Below the pieces are notes generated by a model. The model made no database searches, was not told the origin of the DNA, and worked only from the letters and a program-made list of their open reading frames with translations. 64,000 nucleotides of DNA. Source: Patescibacteria group bacterium (GTDB taxonomy: Bacteria > Patescibacteriota > UBA1384 > UBA12157 > JAENIV01). Shown piece by piece: positions 50,300 to 60,263 of the stretch; positions within the stretch are counted from its first letter, which is position 1; each line of letters starts with the position of its first letter. The stretch spans positions 735 to 64,734 of the forward strand of contig JBEKTP010000003.1 of the NCBI GenBank assembly GCA_049515915.1, in the 5' to 3' direction. A program made the position numbers and the translations under genes.

Positions 50300-51109
50300 A
50301 TGGGAACGTTATCAAGAAACGCTCGTAGTTTTAACGCTCTAAACAAAGCTTTAGGTTTAGGAAATGTTTTTCGGGTGCTCAAATTTGATTTTGGCGTGGA
50401 AGATAACGCTGCTATCAGTTTTGAGAAGGTGCTTGTTTTGTCACCACACCCGGACGATGAAGCTTTTGGTATGGGAGGAACGGTCAAAAAGATGACCGTC
50501 GCCGGCAAACATGTTGCCGTTGCTTTTTTGACCGATGGCTCTCGCGGCATACCAGAAAGGAACGCTCAAGGAACGATCATTGAAAATATCAAGCCGGATA
50601 AAAAGCTCATTAAAGCCAGAAAGGATGAAGGTCTCCGCTCATGTGAAATTTTAGGCGTCCAGCAAAGTATTTTTTGGGGCAATCGCGATTCAAAATTGGC
50701 CGCCTCGATTTCAGCAATCAAGGCTTTAGAAGACTTGATCCGCCAACTTAAACCAGGTATAATTTTTGTACCTTCTTTTTTAGATCCTCATTCTGATCAC
50801 CGGGCCGCTAATGAGATTTTGATTAACGCGGCGGTGGGGTTGTCTTCGGTTGAACGAAATTTTGAAATCTGGAGCTACGAAATCTGGACGCCGATTTTCG
50901 CTAACCGAGTGGTAGACATTTCCTTGTATATTAAAACAAAAGAAGAGGCTATTAAAGTTTATGCCAGCCAGTTGGAATCGAGGAGATACGACAAGGCATT
51001 CTTAGGCTTAAGCCAATATCGAGCCGAAATCAGAAATATTCATGGTTATGCCGAAGGGTTTTTCGCCTCTAGCTTTAAAATATACAAAGAATTGTACGAA
51101 AAAAGTTAA
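50300..51109 (+). CDS. PIG-L family deacetylase
   Basis: SPHPDDE and HSDH motifs. Confidence 0.93.
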   Translation: MGTLSRNARSFNALNKALGLGNVFRVLKFDFGVEDNAAISFEKVLVLSPHPDDEAFGMGGTVKKMTVAGKHVAVAFLTDGSRGIPERNAQGTIIENIKPDKKLIKARKDEGLRSCEILGVQQSIFWGNRDSKLAASISAIKALEDLIRQLKPGIIFVPSFLDPHSDHRAANEILINAAVGLSSVERNFEIWSYEIWTPIFANRVVDISLYIKTKEEAIKVYASQLESRRYDKAFLGLSQYRAEIRNIHGYAEGFFASSFKIYKELYEKS

Positions 51110-51125
51110 AAATAAGATATATCGT

Positions 51126-51199
51126 TCCGGGGTAGATTAGTGGTAGATCGTCGGACTCTGGATCCGAAGACCTAGGTTCGAATCCTAGCCCCGGAGCCA
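51126..51199 (+). tRNA. tRNA-Gln(CTG)
   Basis: Cloverleaf with a TCCGGGG/CCCCGGA acceptor stem, TCGGA-ctCTGga-TCCGA, GGTTCGAATCC and encoded CCA. Confidence 0.96.
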
Positions 51200-51219
51200 A
51201 TCTATCAAGAACGGATTTT

Positions 51220-51993
51220 TTGATTATTTTAAAAAGATGGTATTATCTTGTTGTGATAAAATCATCAAAAAAAGTTCTCATTATTATTCCCACTTATAAT
51301 GAAAAAGAAAATGTTGAAAGAATCGTTAACGCTATTTTAAAAATTCAGACAAATCTTCACATTTTAATTGTGGACGATAACTCACCGGATAAAACCTGGC
51401 AAATAGCTCAGAGATTGAGTAAGAAAAATAATCAGGTTCATTTTATCCGTCGAGATTTCAAAGAGGGAATTGGACCGGCCTATATGGTTGGATTCAATTA
51501 CGCTCTCAAAAATAAATTCGATTATATCTTTCAAATGGACGGCGATTTTTCTCATGATCCAAAAATGATTCCCTTGATGCTAGCGGTGGCCCAGTTTTCC
51601 GATTGGGTGATTGGTTCTCGCTATGTTAAAGGCGGCAATATTAAAGGCTGGGGGGCCAGAAGAAAAATTATCAGTTGGTTGGGTAATTTTTATACGAAAT
51701 TGTTTTTAGGGTTTCAAATTCGAGATTGGACTTCTGGTTTCAGCTGTTGGAACGCCCAAGTTTTAAAAAAAATTAACCTCACTTCCGATGAAAATCCCAA
51801 TGGCTATGCCTTCCAAATTGCCATCAAATATAAAGCTTTGTTAGCCGGTTTTAAACCTTCAGAAATTCCGATTGCTTTTTGTGACCGGAAAAAAGGAATG
51901 ACCAAAATGGGTGGCGGGATCGTCAATGAAGCCGCCCTCACGGTTGTAAGATTGCGATTAATGAAAAAGGAATTGATGAAAACGTTTGTTTAA
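51220..51993 (+). CDS. GT2 polyprenol-monophosphomannose synthase-like glycosyltransferase
   Basis: IIPTYNE, VDDNSPD, QMDGDFSH and GSRY motifs. The start may be GTG 51253. Confidence 0.93.
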   Translation: MIILKRWYYLVVIKSSKKVLIIIPTYNEKENVERIVNAILKIQTNLHILIVDDNSPDKTWQIAQRLSKKNNQVHFIRRDFKEGIGPAYMVGFNYALKNKFDYIFQMDGDFSHDPKMIPLMLAVAQFSDWVIGSRYVKGGNIKGWGARRKIISWLGNFYTKLFLGFQIRDWTSGFSCWNAQVLKKINLTSDENPNGYAFQIAIKYKALLAGFKPSEIPIAFCDRKKGMTKMGGGIVNEAALTVVRLRLMKKELMKTFV

Positions 51994-52039
51994 CCAAAGA
52001 TCACCTTTATCTTTATGATATAATGAAAGCGAGGTTAAG

Positions 52040-52348
52040 ATGGAAGAGGCCAAAGATCTTATTCCATTAAGCAAAAGTGAGATTCTAAAAAATCTTAAAA
52101 GTTTGGCGGGTTGGGAATATCGAGAAAACAAAATTCTCAAACAGTTTGAATTCAAAGATTTTCAAGATGCTTTGGAGTTTATTAACCGTCTGGCGCCTTT
52201 TTGTAATAAAATCGACCATCATCCAGATGTGCACATTTACTTCCGGAAAGTTACCTTCGAACTGACACGTTATAGTATTGGCGGCAAGGTGACCTTACGG
52301 GATTTTACCGTCGCAAGAGGAATCGAACGTCTTTATAAAAGTAGATAA
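52040..52348 (+). CDS. Pterin-4a-carbinolamine dehydratase family protein
   Basis: GW...F.FKDF..A and DHHPD motifs. Confidence 0.9.
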   Translation: MEEAKDLIPLSKSEILKNLKSLAGWEYRENKILKQFEFKDFQDALEFINRLAPFCNKIDHHPDVHIYFRKVTFELTRYSIGGKVTLRDFTVARGIERLYKSR

Positions 52349-52407
52349 GAATATATTTTTGTTCTATCGATTGATTTTGGGGCATTTTTAAGGTAAAATT
52401 ATTTTGT

Positions 52408-52484
52408 GGCGCGTTCGTCTAGCGGCCTAGGATATCGCCTTCTCAGGGCGAAGATCACCGGTTCGAATCCGGTACGCGCTGCCA
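52408..52484 (+). tRNA. tRNA-Glu(CTC)
   Basis: GGCGCGT/ACGCGCT acceptor stem, TCGCC-ttCTCag-GGCGA, GGTTCGAATCC and encoded CCA. Confidence 0.96.
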
Positions 52485-52559
52485 AATATAAAAACTCTCG
52501 TGGTCTTTTTTTGTTAGCTCTTGCTTGTCGACTAGGATTTTGTTATTTTTAAAAGGCCG

Positions 52560-53723
52560 ATGACATTTAAACAGTTCTCAAAATTAAGAAGGGGTTTAGC
52601 GAAAAATATTCTCATCATGGGGGTGATGCTGGTAATGGTCTTTTGGCCTTTTTTGGGCGTTCAATCCTCGAGCCTTAGCGACTTAGAGCAGCAACAAGCC
52701 GATTTGCAAAAACAGATTCAGGCTATCCAGCAGTCTCTCAACGCCAAGCAGAAGGAAGTTTCAAATAACCAAGATTTGGTTAATCAGCTTCAGGATCAAA
52801 TCGCGGCGACTCAAGAGGAAATCAACTTAGAAAATCAGCAAATTTCAGTTCTCAATCAACAGATTGCCGCTTTAAATGATCAAATTACCCAAAAAGAGGC
52901 CGAGTTAGCAGTTCAGAAAGATAATTTGGCCGAGACGTTGAAAACTTTGTACGAAGAAGGAAACCAATCCTCTTTGGAAATAATCCTCGGTTCAAATTCA
53001 CTTTCCGATGTCGTCACCCGCGAGCAGGACCTTTCGGCCATCAGCTCAAGTATAAACGATAATATCAACACGATTACGCAAATCGAAAATAGTCTCAAGG
53101 CCGATCAAAGTAATCTTCAAACTCAACAGACTAATTTAAGCAACACGGTCAGTTCTCTGACGGATAAACAGCGAAACTTAAATATTCAGCAACAACGTCA
53201 AAGTGCTCTCTTGGCTCAAGCGGCGGCCCAGCAGGCCCAAATTCAATCTAACTTAAATTCGACGGTGGCCGATCAAGATAATGTCTCCGCTCAAATTTAT
53301 GCGCTCCGTCAAGCTAGCGGCGGATACACCTCCGGTGGCACGGGTGGTTATCCATTTGCTAACTCCACGCCGGATATGCCCGATCCGTGGGGTTTTTACA
53401 CACGGGAATGCACTTCTTACGCGGCTTGGTATTTTAATGATATTGAGGGAAAATATTGGTACAATACGAGACCCGGTTCCGGCAGTGCCTGGAACTGGCC
53501 GGCGCTGGCGACCGACCAGGGATATTCGGTCAGCTCGACGCCTCGTGCGGGGGCGATTGCTTCGTGGCCAGCCGGTGGGATTTTTGGTAGCTATGGTCAT
53601 GTGGCTATTGTTATGTCGGTCAACGCTAATGGGACAATTAATGTTTCCGAATATAACTGGGTCAAATTTGCCTACGATGAGCGGTATAATGTCTCACCGT
53701 CGGGCGCCCGCTTTATTTTTTAA
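52560..53723 (+). CDS. PcsB/CwlO-like coiled-coil protein with CHAP peptidoglycan hydrolase domain
   Basis: Signal peptide, Gln-rich coiled coil, RECTSY, GHVA and SEYN. Confidence 0.93.
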   Translation: MTFKQFSKLRRGLAKNILIMGVMLVMVFWPFLGVQSSSLSDLEQQQADLQKQIQAIQQSLNAKQKEVSNNQDLVNQLQDQIAATQEEINLENQQISVLNQQIAALNDQITQKEAELAVQKDNLAETLKTLYEEGNQSSLEIILGSNSLSDVVTREQDLSAISSSINDNINTITQIENSLKADQSNLQTQQTNLSNTVSSLTDKQRNLNIQQQRQSALLAQAAAQQAQIQSNLNSTVADQDNVSAQIYALRQASGGYTSGGTGGYPFANSTPDMPDPWGFYTRECTSYAAWYFNDIEGKYWYNTRPGSGSAWNWPALATDQGYSVSSTPRAGAIASWPAGGIFGSYGHVAIVMSVNANGTINVSEYNWVKFAYDERYNVSPSGARFIF

Positions 53724-53765
53724 AAGGTGGACTAATTAATCTTTAAAAGATATATTAAATGAATA

Positions 53766-54446
53766 ATGACTCATTCGCTTTTATATTTAGTGATCACCAC
53801 CGGCTTTTTGGACAGCTTTAATCCTTGCGCGATTGCGATTTTATTGATTTTTATCGCCTTGATGCTCACACTCGAAAAGTCTCGGCGGCTGATTTTTATT
53901 TTAGGACTGACTTATATTTTTTCCGTTTACTTAACTTATTTTGCCATTGGTCTGGGATTATTACGGCTGGTTCATCTTTTTTCTATCCCAAGATATGTTG
54001 CTCAGGTCATCGGCTGGATTTTAATTATCTGGTCTTTATGGGGATTTAAAGATTATTTTTTTCCGCAACTTCCTTGGCGGCTTTCGACCTCGGTTCGCTC
54101 GCGTCAAATTATTGCCTCCTGGGCGGAACGTCTGACTTTGCCGGCCACTATTATAATGGGGTTTTTTGTGGCGATCTTCGGTTTTCCTTGCACCGGCGGG
54201 ATTTATTTAGCGACTTTGGCACTGCTTTCTACGAAAGCGACATATTTTAAGGGAGTCCTCTATTTATTGATCTATAATCTGATGTTTGTGGCGCCACTTC
54301 TCGTGATCTTTTTTGGCACGACCAACCGATTTGTCGCCGAAAAATTAATTAATCTTAATGAACAAAAAAGCCATCTCTTAAGATTAATTATTGCCATCTT
54401 GACCTTAATTCTTGGTTTGGCATTAGTTTTTTATTTAGCAAAATGA
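53766..54446 (+). CDS. CcdA/DsbD-like membrane electron transporter
   Basis: DSFNPC and FPCTGG.Y cysteine motifs, multi-TM. Confidence 0.85.
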   Translation: MTHSLLYLVITTGFLDSFNPCAIAILLIFIALMLTLEKSRRLIFILGLTYIFSVYLTYFAIGLGLLRLVHLFSIPRYVAQVIGWILIIWSLWGFKDYFFPQLPWRLSTSVRSRQIIASWAERLTLPATIIMGFFVAIFGFPCTGGIYLATLALLSTKATYFKGVLYLLIYNLMFVAPLLVIFFGTTNRFVAEKLINLNEQKSHLLRLIIAILTLILGLALVFYLAK

Positions 54447-54487
54447 TAAAATTAGAGAGATTTTAGTTATTATTTGGAGGTTAGATT

Positions 54488-54715
54488 ATGGATCCAAAAG
54501 ATGAGCAAAAACTGGCGGGCCAGAAAGTCGTTGTCGACCAAAGCAAATGTATTGGTTGCGGACTTTGCGCTTCGACATGCTCTGATGTTTTTGAACTTGA
54601 TGAAAGCGGTAAATCTAAAGTTAAAGATGACGCCGATTGCGAGAAAGCCGGCTGTTGTCAAGAAGCAGTCGATAATTGCCCAGCTAAAGCAATAAGTTGG
54701 AGCAAACAGGATTAA
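54488..54715 (+). CDS. Ferredoxin
   Basis: CIGCGLCASTC...CP.KAI with a GGAGG SD. Confidence 0.93.
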   Translation: MDPKDEQKLAGQKVVVDQSKCIGCGLCASTCSDVFELDESGKSKVKDDADCEKAGCCQEAVDNCPAKAISWSKQD

Positions 54716-54794
54716 TAGAAATATAGAAATATAGAAAAATCTATAACGCTATATATTTATAAATCTATTATCTCTAATTTTCCGGAGGAAAATT

Positions 54795-55706
54795 ATGCAA
54801 GATTGTATTATTATTGGTGGTGGGCCGGCGGGATTGACCGCGGCGATTTATTTAGTTCGAAAAAAGGTCAACATTCAAGTTCTTTCCAATAGTTTGGGCG
54901 GCCAGATTATGGATGGGCCGTTAATTGAAAATTATCCTGGTTTCGAACAATTGCCAGGACCCGACTGGGTTACTAAGGTTAAAGAGCAAGCCGATAAATT
55001 GGGTGTAAAATTTGAACTCAATGCCGAAGTGACGAAAATTTCTCAAGAAAATAATATTTTTGCCGTCGAGACCACGAATGGCAAATTCGAAGGAAAATCA
55101 GTTTTAATTGCCTCTGGCAAAACCCCCCGAAAATTGGGAGTGCCGGGTGAGGAAGAGTTTTTAGGCAAAGGGGTCAGCCATTGTGTGACTTGTGACGGGC
55201 CGCTTTTTTCAGGCAAAACCGTGGCGGTCATTGGTGGCGGGAACTCGGCTATTTCGGCTGCTTTAGAACTTGAAAAATATGCTCAAAAAGTCTATGTGAT
55301 TAATTTGGGATCGGCGCTAATCGGCGAAGAAGTTCGAATTGATCAACTCAAAAAATCCACCAAAGTTGAAATTATCGGGCAAGCTAAAACGACTGCCATT
55401 TCCGGTTCAAAATTTGTCGAGAGCTTAAAATATCAGGATTTAAGCTCAAGCCAAGAAAAAAAAATCGCTTGCCAGGGAATTATCGTGGAAATCGGTTGGG
55501 TTCCGTCGACGAAATATTTAGAAGGTTTTGTCGAACTCTCGGACACTAAGGAGATCAAAATCGATAAAGAAAACGCCACTAGCGTGCCGGGCGTTTTTGC
55601 AGCTGGTGACGTGACTGAAATTCCTTATAAACAACTTGTCATTGCCGCTGGTCAAGGTGCCAACGCAGCGATGAGCGTTTGGGACTATCTCTCGAAATTA
55701 AAATAG
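54795..55706 (+). CDS. Thioredoxin reductase-like flavoprotein
   Basis: GGGPAG, CVTCDG, GGGNSA and GVFAAGD motifs. Confidence 0.93.
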   Translation: MQDCIIIGGGPAGLTAAIYLVRKKVNIQVLSNSLGGQIMDGPLIENYPGFEQLPGPDWVTKVKEQADKLGVKFELNAEVTKISQENNIFAVETTNGKFEGKSVLIASGKTPRKLGVPGEEEFLGKGVSHCVTCDGPLFSGKTVAVIGGGNSAISAALELEKYAQKVYVINLGSALIGEEVRIDQLKKSTKVEIIGQAKTTAISGSKFVESLKYQDLSSSQEKKIACQGIIVEIGWVPSTKYLEGFVELSDTKEIKIDKENATSVPGVFAAGDVTEIPYKQLVIAAGQGANAAMSVWDYLSKLK

Positions 55707-55711
55707 GTAAT

Positions 55712-56086
55712 CTAGTTAATGGGAATTTTGGCGGCCGATTTAACAATATCCAAAAGCATTTTTGGTTCGTATTCGGCTTTAACTAAATAACCGGCTGCTC
55801 CCAGTTCTTTAGCTTTGCTCCCGGAGCTTTCCGGAGGGAGATTGGTCAGCAAGAAAACCGGGGTGTTCTTTAAATCTGGGTCATTTTTGATATCACGCAA
55901 CACATCAAGGCCATTAAATTTTGGCATAATGATATCCAAAAAAATCACGTCTGGTTTATTTTCTTTAGCCATTTTGAAGCCAGTTTCGCCGTCAGGGGCC
56001 GTTAGTGTCTCGACTCCGCCCATATTGAGACACTCGCTGTACATTTTTAAAACCCCTTTTTCATCATCAATAATCAAAACCTTCAT
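55712..56086 (-). CDS. Single-domain response regulator
   Basis: IIDD, LDIIMP..NG, LTN and YLVK motifs. GGAGG SD. Confidence 0.95.
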   Translation of the reverse strand: MKVLIIDDEKGVLKMYSECLNMGGVETLTAPDGETGFKMAKENKPDVIFLDIIMPKFNGLDVLRDIKNDPDLKNTPVFLLTNLPPESSGSKAKELGAAGYLVKAEYEPKMLLDIVKSAAKIPIN

Positions 56087-56192
56087 ATAACCTCCATGGT
56101 ATAGCACTCTACCAATCTTTTATTTAAGAATGATCGTAAATATTTATTTAGATTAATTGGTGAAAGTCAATTCGCCGGGGTGTGATACTATA

Positions 56193-57440
56193 TTAACTCA
56201 TCGGTAAGGTGAATTCAAAGACGGCGCCTTTTTCCGCGTTATTTTCGGCTGTAATATGGCCGCCATGTTGCTCGATAATTAATCGCGAAATATAGAGGCC
56301 TAAACCTGTGCCTTTGTTATCAAGTTCCAGAATATTTTTTCCTCTAAAAAATGGTTGGAATAATTTTTCAAAGTCGGCTGGATTAAGGCCGACGCCTTGA
56401 TCGGAAACTCTGACCGTTGTCCAATCCTTGGACTGTAAAGCGCTGACGGTGATCGTGCCTTCTGGGCAATATTTAAGGGAGTTATCGAGGAGGTTATAGA
56501 GAACCTGCCGAATTTTTTCTGGATCGGCGGTGACGGACCGAAAAGCCCCATTTTTTTCAAAGGAAAGTTTTGCTTTTCCTTTGGCCAGAGTTTTATCCAA
56601 AACATTGATTGTTTCTGAAATTAATTGATTTAAATCGAAAGATTTCTTATTTAAAATAAAAGTGCCCGTTTGAATGCGGGAGATTGATAAAAGCTCGGAA
56701 ACCAAATTAACCATTCTTTTAGTGTTTTTATGAATCTCGTCCACGGCTTCTTTTTGTTTCGGCGCCAATTTGCCCAAGCTATTGTCATTAAGCATCGAGA
56801 CAAAGCCACGGACAATCGAAAGAGGGGTAAAAAGCTGATGGGAGGTCATTGATAAAAATTCTTTCTGGCGGGCGGATTCTTCCTCAAGGACTTTTTCGCG
56901 GGTCAAAGATTCTTCTTTAGCCTGTTTTTCCTGTTTAAGTTGGATGGCGAGCATCCGGCAAAAAATTGTGATGAATAAAATCAAAGCGACTTGCCAGACG
57001 CCTTGAAAAAGTTCACTTTGGATGGGTAAAAGCTGCTGTGAGCCAAGAAAAATTTCAAAAATAACAAACAAAGAAGCGATGGTCGCAATCAGCAAGGCAT
57101 TGATAAATTCCAATTCCAAAGCCGCGGCCGCGATGGGCAAAAAATAAAGGGCAAAGAAATATTCACCGTAATCTTTTAAAAGGTGAATTAAGACGCCGAT
57201 AAGAATAATATCGGCAATGTTTTTGAGATAAATCCGATTCGAGCGAGCAAAGTATTTATAAATGACCAAATAGTAAAGCAGGGCAAAAGCGGCGATCCCG
57301 CCGACTAAATAATAAGTTAGTTGATTATTAATGCCGTTATTGGGCAAGAATCTCACCCCAAAAATAATCACCACTAAAACAGCCCATGTCGAAATTTCAA
57401 TAATCTTTTCCAAACGGTTGGCGGTTGGTTTTAGCGGCAA
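56193..57440 (-). CDS. Membrane sensor histidine kinase
   Basis: SHQLFTPL H-box, NLLDNSLKY, DQGVG and GTGLGL motifs. Confidence 0.95.
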   Translation of the reverse strand: MPLKPTANRLEKIIEISTWAVLVVIIFGVRFLPNNGINNQLTYYLVGGIAAFALLYYLVIYKYFARSNRIYLKNIADIILIGVLIHLLKDYGEYFFALYFLPIAAAALELEFINALLIATIASLFVIFEIFLGSQQLLPIQSELFQGVWQVALILFITIFCRMLAIQLKQEKQAKEESLTREKVLEEESARQKEFLSMTSHQLFTPLSIVRGFVSMLNDNSLGKLAPKQKEAVDEIHKNTKRMVNLVSELLSISRIQTGTFILNKKSFDLNQLISETINVLDKTLAKGKAKLSFEKNGAFRSVTADPEKIRQVLYNLLDNSLKYCPEGTITVSALQSKDWTTVRVSDQGVGLNPADFEKLFQPFFRGKNILELDNKGTGLGLYISRLIIEQHGGHITAENNAEKGAVFEFTLPMS

Positions 57441-57666
57441 AATTACCCCTCCAAATTTATTATACCCTCTAAAACTTTAATACAAAAGACCGTCTCGGGT
57501 GAGACGGTCACGGGTAAAAGGGTATATGGTTTGAGTTTACTCGATCGTCACGCCGGCGATTTTATTTTAGATTAAAATTTTTCTGTCATTATGGATTAAG
57601 ATATCATAAAACACCGATTAAAATTTAATCGATGTTTTCAGGAGTAGTTAGAATTAATTCAGTCTA

Positions 57667-58950
57667 TTATGGACTCAAGCGTTTAACATCGCGTGGGAAT
57701 AAGACCGCTTCTTTGACATTCGTAAGTCTGAGTAATAATTGGATTAATCTTTCCGAACCGATAGCCCAACCGCCGTGCGGCGGCATCGCGTATTTAAAAA
57801 CATCCAAATAGAACTCTAAACCGGCGGATTTGACACCTTTCTTTTCCATATTTTCAATCAACATTTTATATTCGTGAATGCGCTGGGAACCGGTGACGAT
57901 CTCGACGCCACGGAAGAGTAAATCAAATCCGTAAGTGGCATTTTTATCTTCCGGATCGGGCATAGTGTAAAATGGCCGATCTTTCCAAGGATAATGAGTG
58001 ATAAAAATGAAATCACTGCCAAATTTTTCTAAAGCGTAACGACAGGCGAGCCGCTCAGCTTCCGGATCGATATCGGTTTCTTTTGGCACGTCATATCCAT
58101 ATTTTTCCTTGATGATTTTTTTGATTTCCGAGAGTTTAATGTGCGGAATTTCTTTCGGCACTGCCGGAACGGTCATATCGTAAAGATCAAAATATTTTTG
58201 ACCATTTTCTTTTAAGTGCTCGAACATTTTGACGAATACTTTATTTAGCATCGCGGTGACGGTTTTATAATTTTCGATGAATCCCATCTCGGCATCCAAA
58301 CTGATGTATTCATTGACATGACGAGTGGTAAAGTGCGGTTCGGCCCGAAAAACCGGCCCGATTTCAAAGACGCGTTCAAAAACGCCGACCATAATTTGTT
58401 TGTAAAGTTGCGGACTTTGAGCCAAGTAAGCGTCTTTTTCAAAATATTTCAATTTGAAAAAGTTGGCGCCGCCCTCGGAAGCCGCTTCCAAAATCTTGGG
58501 GGTTTTGATTTCGGTAAAACCTTCTTCACGCATCACCTTTTCGTAAGTTTCCAATAATAAATCATAAATCTTAAAAATAGCTTGAATTTTGCCGTGGCGG
58601 AGTGAAATCGGTCTTAGATCAAGCAGGGTTGAAAGCTGAAGTTCGAATTTGGTTTTAGCTAAATCTAAGGGCAGATCCTTGGCGAGCGGCGAAATTACTT
58701 CGGAGGCTTCGGCGGCGATTTCCCAGCCGCTTTTAGCGCGCTCGTCTTGGCGCGCCGTGCCGGTCACCGAAACGGCTTCGCCCATTTTAAAAGGCACGGC
58801 TTTTTCGAAAACGGTTTGAATAGTGCCGGTGTAATCTTGAATTTGGGCGAAGGTAATGCCGCCCATTGTTCGAAGATTAATGACGCGCCCGGCAATCGTA
58901 ATTTTCTTGCCCAAATGATTGGCGATATCCGAAATGAGAACTCTTGCCAT
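57667..58950 (-). CDS. aspS: Aspartate--tRNA ligase (short, archaeal/non-discriminating type)
   Basis: LAQSPQLYKQ, FRAE, GSQRIH, PPHGG and FPRD motifs. Confidence 0.93.
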   Translation of the reverse strand: MARVLISDIANHLGKKITIAGRVINLRTMGGITFAQIQDYTGTIQTVFEKAVPFKMGEAVSVTGTARQDERAKSGWEIAAEASEVISPLAKDLPLDLAKTKFELQLSTLLDLRPISLRHGKIQAIFKIYDLLLETYEKVMREEGFTEIKTPKILEAASEGGANFFKLKYFEKDAYLAQSPQLYKQIMVGVFERVFEIGPVFRAEPHFTTRHVNEYISLDAEMGFIENYKTVTAMLNKVFVKMFEHLKENGQKYFDLYDMTVPAVPKEIPHIKLSEIKKIIKEKYGYDVPKETDIDPEAERLACRYALEKFGSDFIFITHYPWKDRPFYTMPDPEDKNATYGFDLLFRGVEIVTGSQRIHEYKMLIENMEKKGVKSAGLEFYLDVFKYAMPPHGGWAIGSERLIQLLLRLTNVKEAVLFPRDVKRLSP

Positions 58951-59118
58951 TTTTCACCTCAAAATTTATTTGTCTTAGATAATCTTACCAAATTTGACGA
59001 AATTCTCAAGCGATTTTTGACCAAAGTGATTTTTTGGAGGGGGACGCCTTGATTATTCGTTAGTTTTATGGTAAAGTATGGTCAGAAATCGCCGTCATCA
59101 ACTCTGAGCGAGGTGAAG

Positions 59119-59541
59119 ATGATGTCTGATTCAAAGAAGACGTGGATTGGGGCGTTGATTTTTGTGACACTGATGGTATGCTGGTATTTCGTGACACGGC
59201 CCTCTGCGACAAGCCAGCCGCCGGGCGCAAGTGCAGTCGCGGCTATTCGGGCTATCGGTCTAGGCGGGCCGTCTTTCGTCCACACATGGACAGGGACGAA
59301 CGAGTTCGGGATGAGCGTGATTCTTATCATCAACGACGGCGGCATGTGTTCGTTCGGCGGTGATCCGCTCAAGTGGAGAGTCGAGGGCAGTACCCTCGTC
59401 ATCTACAAGGACGGGTCCAACTACACTCTCAGAGGGACTCTCTCGAGCGACGGGCACGGGTTGGAGCTGGCCATTCCGTGGAACAGCCCAATTACCGGAA
59501 AGCCGGAGGTACGAACCTACAACTTCGTCCGGCAAGGGTGA
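59119..59541 (+). CDS. Membrane-anchored hypothetical protein (GC-rich unit)
   Basis: GAGGTG SD, N-terminal TM and a beta-rich domain. Confidence 0.75.
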   Translation: MMSDSKKTWIGALIFVTLMVCWYFVTRPSATSQPPGASAVAAIRAIGLGGPSFVHTWTGTNEFGMSVILIINDGGMCSFGGDPLKWRVEGSTLVIYKDGSNYTLRGTLSSDGHGLELAIPWNSPITGKPEVRTYNFVRQG

Positions 59542-59627
59542 GAAGAATGCGGCGACCAAGGCGTTGTTGTCACCTTCCGCCGCGACGAAAATATCTTGAT
59601 CGGTACTGGAGGGGCGATGCAAGCCGG

Positions 59628-59687
59628 ACTCGGCGGGCTTTAGCCCGCCAGACGAGCTCTGGGGATTTCCCGGAGCTCGTTTTCGTT
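59628..59687 (+). repeat. Shared 3' double-hairpin/terminator module B, copy 1
   Basis: Identical to 61036-61094 apart from one G. Confidence 0.92.
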
Positions 59688-59770
59688 CCAAAGAGAAAAA
59701 TTTGACAGTTAAAATAGTCGTTGTGGTATAGTATTAATACATCAATTTAATGAACTTGACAGGAGGAAAA

Positions 59771-60106
59771 ATGGATCCGAAAGAAAAAAAAGAGATGACG
59801 GAACTTGTTGGCGAGGTAATTGACCGAAAGGTAACACCGCGGTTGGAGAAAATTGAAAAGAAATTATCAGATCACGATAAAAAATTTGAAACGATTATTG
59901 AGCAAGTCGTTAAAAATTCAGAAAACATTACCGATATTAAAGAAGATTTATCGGAACTAAATGAAGAGATGACTGATGTGAAGTATGTAGACGAACGCAT
60001 TGAAACAAAACTGGATTCCTCAATTCGTCGAGAAACCGACTTGGAAGTTAAAACTTCTCAACTTTCCCGCCGCGTTCTCCGGCTGGAATCTAAAAAGACA
60101 AGTTAA
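59771..60106 (+). CDS. Coiled-coil hypothetical protein
   Basis: AGGAGG SD and heptad-like charged sequence. AT-rich. Confidence 0.8.
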   Translation: MDPKEKKEMTELVGEVIDRKVTPRLEKIEKKLSDHDKKFETIIEQVVKNSENITDIKEDLSELNEEMTDVKYVDERIETKLDSSIRRETDLEVKTSQLSRRVLRLESKKTS

Positions 60107-60263
60107 TTATCAAATTTTTAATTGAACTCACTAATTATTAAGGGTAATTTTACTAGTCGGCGTTTGTTTTGGCGTTGGGTCTTGATATTTAAGGAATTTT
60201 GAGGTAGAATATAGCCAGAATTACCGATTGTACCACACTCTGCTAAAGAAAGGCGAAAAGACG

